Assembly (NCBI GenBank): GCA_963675785.1
Contig: OY776562.1
Coordinates: 192,001-256,000, forward strand
Direction: 5' to 3'
DNA from: Anaerolineae bacterium
GTDB lineage: Bacteria; Chloroflexota; Anaerolineae; UBA1429
Length of the DNA: 64,000 nucleotides
Shown here: piece after piece, positions 60,001-64,000 of the stretch
How positions within the stretch are numbered: position 1 is the stretch's first letter
How the letters are laid out: each line of letters begins with the position of its first letter
Notes under the pieces: generated by a model
Database searches by the model: none
What the model was told of the DNA's origin: nothing
What the model saw: the letters and a program-made list of their open reading frames with translations, nothing else
Position numbers and translations under genes: made by a program

Positions 60001-60045
60001 CAACATGGCATCCGGGGAAACGAAAAGTTTGCGGATCTTTTGCAT
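57004..60045 (-). CDS. Large glycoside hydrolase (GH106/alpha-L-rhamnosidase-like)
   Basis: PFWSWN, WLYDEDRWPSG, GIFTDEP, VPGIDML, SETYG; AAGGAG RBS before ATG 60045. Confidence 0.75.
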   Translation of the reverse strand: MQKIRKLFVSPDAMLRGAPFWSWNDRLDQQELDRQVKDMHDHGMGGFFMHSRDGLETVYMSDEWMSCIKETVKTAKEIGNLAWLYDEDRWPSGAAGGLVPAAGGDDYRIKALTVELAETAPDDDEHILAVFAAQIDGDTLVLAEPTSKGQAADGEVLLIFRRELSEPSEWFNDDTYADNLNPDSVRAFIDTTYEAYAELVGDEFGKTIPGIFTDEPNVKAVNLASQRRCLPWTDSLPAFFAERRGYDLLSVLPLLFFDGEGQERARHDYWHTIADRFSEAYAKQLGEWCDAHGLAFTGHFLNENELGTGIKSSGAMMPHYRYQAVPGIDMLTEQTYENLTIKQCSSAANQMGRKHVLSETYGCSSWEFDFEGQKWVGDWQYVLGVNIRCQHLALYSLRGCRKRDYPPAFNYNTTWWKYNALIEDYFARIAAVTTSGKAVRDVLVLHPVSTGWTMLKEGSESEATVNEYGQHVNDFTRAVLATHHDFDFGDEIIMADLASVQDGKIKVGEVSYQAVVIPPLTRTMFKSTLKTLVEYSRNGGTVIAFKTLPAMVEGVESEDLEKLWNAAGTVILNDVSELKPALDKAVPQRVSIRTRQGMEDASILYMQRKIGDANAYFVVNNDRNNTHELIIELEGAGRVEEWDPLTGETREIAVERKGNLVSFASSFGPTDSRIYVIDPEQEPALQAEPLSPMPAWYFHAQNPSWYIGPECAFSRTDPNILTLDMCRYAMSEDEWSDEMEVWRAQDDVRQALGMRSNYYNGLPQRYKWACQAHPKDGTPVAFAFVFEVDTPPSSPVYLLVEGAGDYEISLNGEPVDNKIAGWYLDRAMHKVRLPSLICGTNVLVLSCGYTNHMEVEDCFILGDFGVSMDRHIIAEPETLHFGDWTSQGYPHYAGSMIYHAAFSAKKEDKTYRLYLGEWKAIDIALYVNGNLVGHIPWAARNGFDLTPYLVPGANNVDIEVVSSPRNMLGPLHLAAGREPWTDWRSFRRTNETYTPNYVLKAWGLFGQVTICEE

Positions 60046-60208
60046 GTTGGCACTCCTTGTCAACACTATGCGATATTGCTGCCATCCTAGTGCCAGTTGT
60101 ACAAAAGCGCAAGATGGTGTGGGTTCAAAACTGGGCAATTTGCCAATTAACCCTTGCGGTGGGGGTATCAGCTATGATACACTCGACACGGTCATGGGGA
60201 GAATGCGC

Positions 60209-60931
60209 ATGCAAGTACTCGTTCTATCAGATGTCCACAGCAATCTTGTTGCTCTGCAAGCCGTGCTCGCTGATGCGGGATCGTTCGATGCTATTTGGTC
60301 TCTGGGAGATGTAGTAGGCTATGGCCCGCAGCCCAACGAATGTATCGAACTTCTTTTGTCCTATCCGCATCTCGCAGTAGCGGGGAACCACGATTGGGGC
60401 TCTTTAGGCAAGATGGATCTGCGTGATTTCAATGTCGATGCTCGCCAGGCAAACTTGTGGACTCGGGAGCAGCTTTCGGCGCGTTCATGGGGATATCTCG
60501 AAGCGTTGCCCGAGACACTCGAAGAAGATGATTTCACTCTGGTACACGGCAGCCCGCGCTATCCACTTATCGAGTATCTCGTTTATCCCTCTCTGGCACG
60601 TCAGAGTTTGTCTTTCTTTTCAACCTCTGTTTGTTTTGTGGGACACTCTCACATACCCTCTTTGTTCGCTTGTACGGATTCGGAAGTGCGCGTGGTGACG
60701 CCCGCGTTAGGTGTTCCCCTCAAATTGGGCAATGAACGCTATATCATCAATCCCGGCAGCGTGGGGCAACCGCGCGATGGTGATCCGCGTGCTTCTTATA
60801 TGATGCTGGAAACGGTGGAACACACCATCACCTACCGGCGAGTGATCTATGATATCTCTGTAACCCAAGCTCTGATGCAAGAAGCAAACTTGCCTCCACG
60901 TTCTATCGCGCGTCTGGAGTTTGGATGGTGA
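60209..60931 (+). CDS. Metallophosphoesterase (YfcE-like)
   Basis: SDVHSN, GDVVGYG, GNHD, VHGSP, GHSH, NPGSVGQPRD. Confidence 0.9.
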   Translation: MQVLVLSDVHSNLVALQAVLADAGSFDAIWSLGDVVGYGPQPNECIELLLSYPHLAVAGNHDWGSLGKMDLRDFNVDARQANLWTREQLSARSWGYLEALPETLEEDDFTLVHGSPRYPLIEYLVYPSLARQSLSFFSTSVCFVGHSHIPSLFACTDSEVRVVTPALGVPLKLGNERYIINPGSVGQPRDGDPRASYMMLETVEHTITYRRVIYDISVTQALMQEANLPPRSIARLEFGW

Positions 60932-60991
60932 TGGAACAGCAAACGCGGTTTCGTCGTTCTACTAAAAGAGCTCGCTGAGAAGGAGATTTAC

Positions 60992-61903
60992 ATGCATAGA
61001 CGAAAGAGTGCAATTGCGCTTGTCCTTTTGGTGATAGCGCTGGTTGTGACGGGTTGCTCGTCATCATCCAAATCCGACGAGGATTCCGCAGAACGTGTTA
61101 GTGGTGGGGCAGCTCCAGCGGCGCAGGTGGATGGGTCGTACGGGTATACGTCTGATACCGTGACGAGCACTGAGTCAGAGCTGGGGAATTCTGCTGATGT
61201 AACCGATCGGATGATTATCCAGACAGCAAATATTGGTCTGGAGGTTACAGACACCCAGGTGGCAGTGGATGCAATCATGGCCATGGTGTCGGGAAGTGGT
61301 GGTTATGTATCCAGTTCTAGTCTTTGGTATAGCGATGAAGATTTGCGTGCCAGCCTGACGCTGAGAGTGCCTGCTGCGAGCCTAGACAGTATTATGGGCA
61401 GTTTGCGAGATTTGGCTCTTCGCGTGGAGAACGAAAGCACCAGTGGTGAGGATGTTACTGAGGAATATGTCGACATTCAGGCACAGTTGCGGAATCTCGA
61501 AGCTGCAGAAACCGAACTATTGGAGCTCTTGTCCGAGGCTCGCGAGAGCGGCGGAGATGCCGAAGATGTGCTGGCTATCTATCGTGAAATCACCAGCATT
61601 CGTTCAGAGATTGAATCGTTAAAGGGACGCCAAACCTATCTGGAAGGTATGACTGCTCTGGCGACGATTTATGTCAGCGTTTGGCCAGAGGATAGTCCCT
61701 CCAGCGTAGTTGAAGAATCATGGAAACCGTTGGTGACAATAAGCCGTGCTGCTCGTGCCTTGCTAAACGGTTTGGAGGGATTGGCGGATGTTCTGATCTA
61801 TGTGATCATTCTCTCGCCCATCGTTGCCATTCCTGTAGGAATTGTGTGGTTGCTGGTTCGCAGTCTCAAGAAGAAAAAGCAAAAGGACGAAGCGGACAAG
61901 TAA
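60992..61903 (+). CDS. DUF4349 family lipoprotein
   Basis: Lipobox VTGC; RMII.TA, LRVPA, EDVTEEYVD coiled coil, C-terminal TM helix. Confidence 0.85.
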   Translation: MHRRKSAIALVLLVIALVVTGCSSSSKSDEDSAERVSGGAAPAAQVDGSYGYTSDTVTSTESELGNSADVTDRMIIQTANIGLEVTDTQVAVDAIMAMVSGSGGYVSSSSLWYSDEDLRASLTLRVPAASLDSIMGSLRDLALRVENESTSGEDVTEEYVDIQAQLRNLEAAETELLELLSEARESGGDAEDVLAIYREITSIRSEIESLKGRQTYLEGMTALATIYVSVWPEDSPSSVVEESWKPLVTISRAARALLNGLEGLADVLIYVIILSPIVAIPVGIVWLLVRSLKKKKQKDEADK

Positions 61904-61947
61904 GCAAAAGGTAGGGTCGACAAAGGCGTCGACATCTGATCTTGAGT

Positions 61948-61983
61948 AAGAGGGCACGGGGTTTAACCCGTGCCCTCTTTTTT
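61948..61983. terminator. Bidirectional intrinsic terminator
   Basis: AAGAGGGCACGGG...CCCGTGCCCTCTTTTTT. Confidence 0.85.
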
Positions 61984-62173
61984 ATGCGACTGGCTCTTCT
62001 ACAGAATCAATGATGTCTCCCAGAACAATCTCTTCCGGGCTATTCAAAACAACATCCTTGTGACTAGTGGCCTCGGATTCTAATTCTCGATGGCTGTTTT
62101 TCAAGAGTGTAAGCCCAAATCCGAGCATACCTCCCGCCAAAAGACCCATGGCGATTCGTGCGTTGCGTTTCAT
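61982..62173 (-). CDS. Small single-TM hypothetical protein (63 aa)
   Basis: GGAG RBS; basic N-terminus, GLLAGGMLGFG TM segment, acidic tail; fills the gap between valS and the terminator. Confidence 0.6.
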   Translation of the reverse strand: MKRNARIAMGLLAGGMLGFGLTLLKNSHRELESEATSHKDVVLNSPEEIVLGDIIDSVEEPVA

Positions 62174-62194
62174 TATTTTCTCCGGTATTAACCG

Positions 62195-64000
62195 CTAGTC
62201 AAGAGAGCCCAATCGCTCACGCAGACGCCCCAGGCGTTCCTGGTAATCTGCAATTTTGTCACGTTCGCGTTGGACCACGGCTTCTGGGGCTTTGTTAACA
62301 AACTTTTCGTTAGACAACAACCCCTCCGAGCGCTCGATCTCTGCTTCAAGCTGGGCAGCTTCTTTGCCAAGGCGCTCGCGTTCCCTGTCCAGATCAACCA
62401 GATCAGCCAGCGGGAGATAGCATTCTATGGTGCCTATGACCAGGGTCAAAGCTTTTTGTGGTACTTGATCCAGTGTCTCACTTAGCATGAGCCGATCATC
62501 GGCAATACGAGCGAGTGATTTTAGCACGTTTTGCTGCTCAGTGAGGAATTCCGTCATTTCATGACCAGCGATAATGGCAGCAATTTTGCGCCCCGGTTCG
62601 ACATCATACTCGCTTCTTGCATTGCGGATGCCGCGCACGAGTTCGATCAGGGCATCCATATTGGCCTCTGCATTGGCATTTGGGGGGCCTTCTTGCGGCC
62701 AGGAGGCTACAATAAGCGCCTCTCCCTGGTGCGGCAGATAGTGCCAGATGGTTTCAGTGGTGTAGGGCATGTAGGGATGAAGCAACCGCAGTGTACCATC
62801 GAGCACATAGATCAGCACATTTTTAGCCTGTTCGGCTGCTGGCGTTTCGCCCTCATATAAGCGAACTTTGGTTGCCTCAATGTACCAGTCACAGAACTCG
62901 CCCCATAAAAAGTCGTAAATCTGTCGACCAGCCTCACCGAGCTGGTAAACGGACAACAATCTGTTCACTTCGGCCACCAGGCTGTGGTAGCGGCTGACGA
63001 TCCAGCGATCGATCGCGTCATCAAGCTTGGCAGGATCGAGCGGATCACCACTCGGCGTGTATTTGCCGGGATCATCGCCCAGGTTACCCAATACAAAACG
63101 GCTAGCCTGCCAGATCTTGTTTGCAAAGTTGCGGTTGGCCTCGACGCGCGATAAAGACAGTTTCATATCGTTGCCGGGCGTTGAACTCGTCAACAAAGTG
63201 AAACGAAGTGGATCCACCCCGTATTCCTGCACGATCAGCAGCGGATCGTATCGCCAGGCATCCTCCATGGATTTGCTGACCTTTTTGCCATCCTCACTGC
63301 GCACTAAACCGTGTAGATATATGGTATGAAAGGGAATCTCCCCTGTCATTTCCAGTCCCAGCATGACCATGCGGGCAACCCAGAAAAAGATGATGTCGTA
63401 ACCCGTCTCCATCACACTGATCGGATAAAAGCGTTCCAGATCGGGCGTCTGATCGGGCCAGCCCAGGGTGCTAAAGGGCCACAGCCCTGAAGAGAACCAG
63501 GTATCGAGCACATCTTCGTCCTGTTTGAGATTAGTGCTACCGCATTTTGGGCAGACCGTGGGGTCTTCCCTCGAGCAAATCTCTGCGCCGCAGTTCTGGC
63601 AATACCACACGGGAATACGATGCCCCCACCAGAGCTGTCTGGAGATGCACCAGTCGCGAATGTTTTCCAGCCAATCAAAATAGATCTTGGTAAAGCGCTC
63701 GGGAATGATCTTGATGCTGCCATTGCGTACGGCTTCTAGCGCAGGTTTGGCCAGCGGCTTCATCCTGACGAACCACTGGGTGCTGATGCGCGGCTCGGCA
63801 ATGGTATGGCAGCGCTGGCAATGACCCACGGAATGGGTCAGGTCTTCGATCTTGACCAGATCGCCAGCTTCTCGCAGATCATCCAATAGGTTCTTGCGGC
63901 AAACAAAACGGTCTTGCCCCTCGAATTTGCCGGCATTCTCGTTCATGGTCGAGTCATCGTTCATCACGTTGATGAACTCTAGACCATGGCGCAAGCCCAT
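62195..64000 (-). CDS. valS: Valine--tRNA ligase (5' truncated)
   Basis: DWCISRQLWWGHRIP, DVLDTWFSS, TGYDIIFFWVARM, KVSKS, C-terminal coiled coil (KAPEAVV). Confidence 0.96.
   Translation of the reverse strand: MGLRHGLEFINVMNDDSTMNENAGKFEGQDRFVCRKNLLDDLREAGDLVKIEDLTHSVGHCQRCHTIAEPRISTQWFVRMKPLAKPALEAVRNGSIKIIPERFTKIYFDWLENIRDWCISRQLWWGHRIPVWYCQNCGAEICSREDPTVCPKCGSTNLKQDEDVLDTWFSSGLWPFSTLGWPDQTPDLERFYPISVMETGYDIIFFWVARMVMLGLEMTGEIPFHTIYLHGLVRSEDGKKVSKSMEDAWRYDPLLIVQEYGVDPLRFTLLTSSTPGNDMKLSLSRVEANRNFANKIWQASRFVLGNLGDDPGKYTPSGDPLDPAKLDDAIDRWIVSRYHSLVAEVNRLLSVYQLGEAGRQIYDFLWGEFCDWYIEATKVRLYEGETPAAEQAKNVLIYVLDGTLRLLHPYMPYTTETIWHYLPHQGEALIVASWPQEGPPNANAEANMDALIELVRGIRNARSEYDVEPGRKIAAIIAGHEMTEFLTEQQNVLKSLARIADDRLMLSETLDQVPQKALTLVIGTIECYLPLADLVDLDRERERLGKEAAQLEAEIERSEGLLSNEKFVNKAPEAVVQRERDKIADYQERLGRLRERLGSLD

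Overview
A 64-kb chromosomal window of core and accessory genes, most consistent with an anaerobic Chloroflexota (Anaerolineae-like) bacterium; this taxonomy is inferred from gene content only. From left to right it holds: the end of a group-3d-type [NiFe]-hydrogenase operon (hoxH, maturation protease, hypABFCDE, formate/nitrite channel, fdhD); a GT-C glycosyltransferase plus membrane-anchored GH-A hydrolase pair; a tightly coupled replication operon (DUF151, dnaB, DnaD-domain protein, tandem double-AAA+ DnaC/DnaI-like loader); ROK kinase and glgX; a PD-(D/E)XK-fold gene coupled to hpt; T-box-regulated pheST; rodZ-rimO; a ChlI/ChlD-like chelatase gene split at an A9 slippery site (probable programmed -1 frameshift) followed by an EamA-PAP2 fusion; ftsH; four tRNAs including tRNA-Sec; an AraM-type glycerol-1-phosphate dehydrogenase; an RsbV/W/U partner-switching module; a surface-protein and glycosylation locus; sugar-catabolism genes; and the 3' part of valS. 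No CRISPR array, transposase, integrase or rRNA was seen. The best leads are the frameshifted chelatase gene, the fused double-AAA+ helicase loader, the nuclease-fold/hpt pair, the EamA-PAP2 fusion, and the repeat surface protein next to a glycosylation cassette. All calls come from motif recognition by eye, with no database searches.
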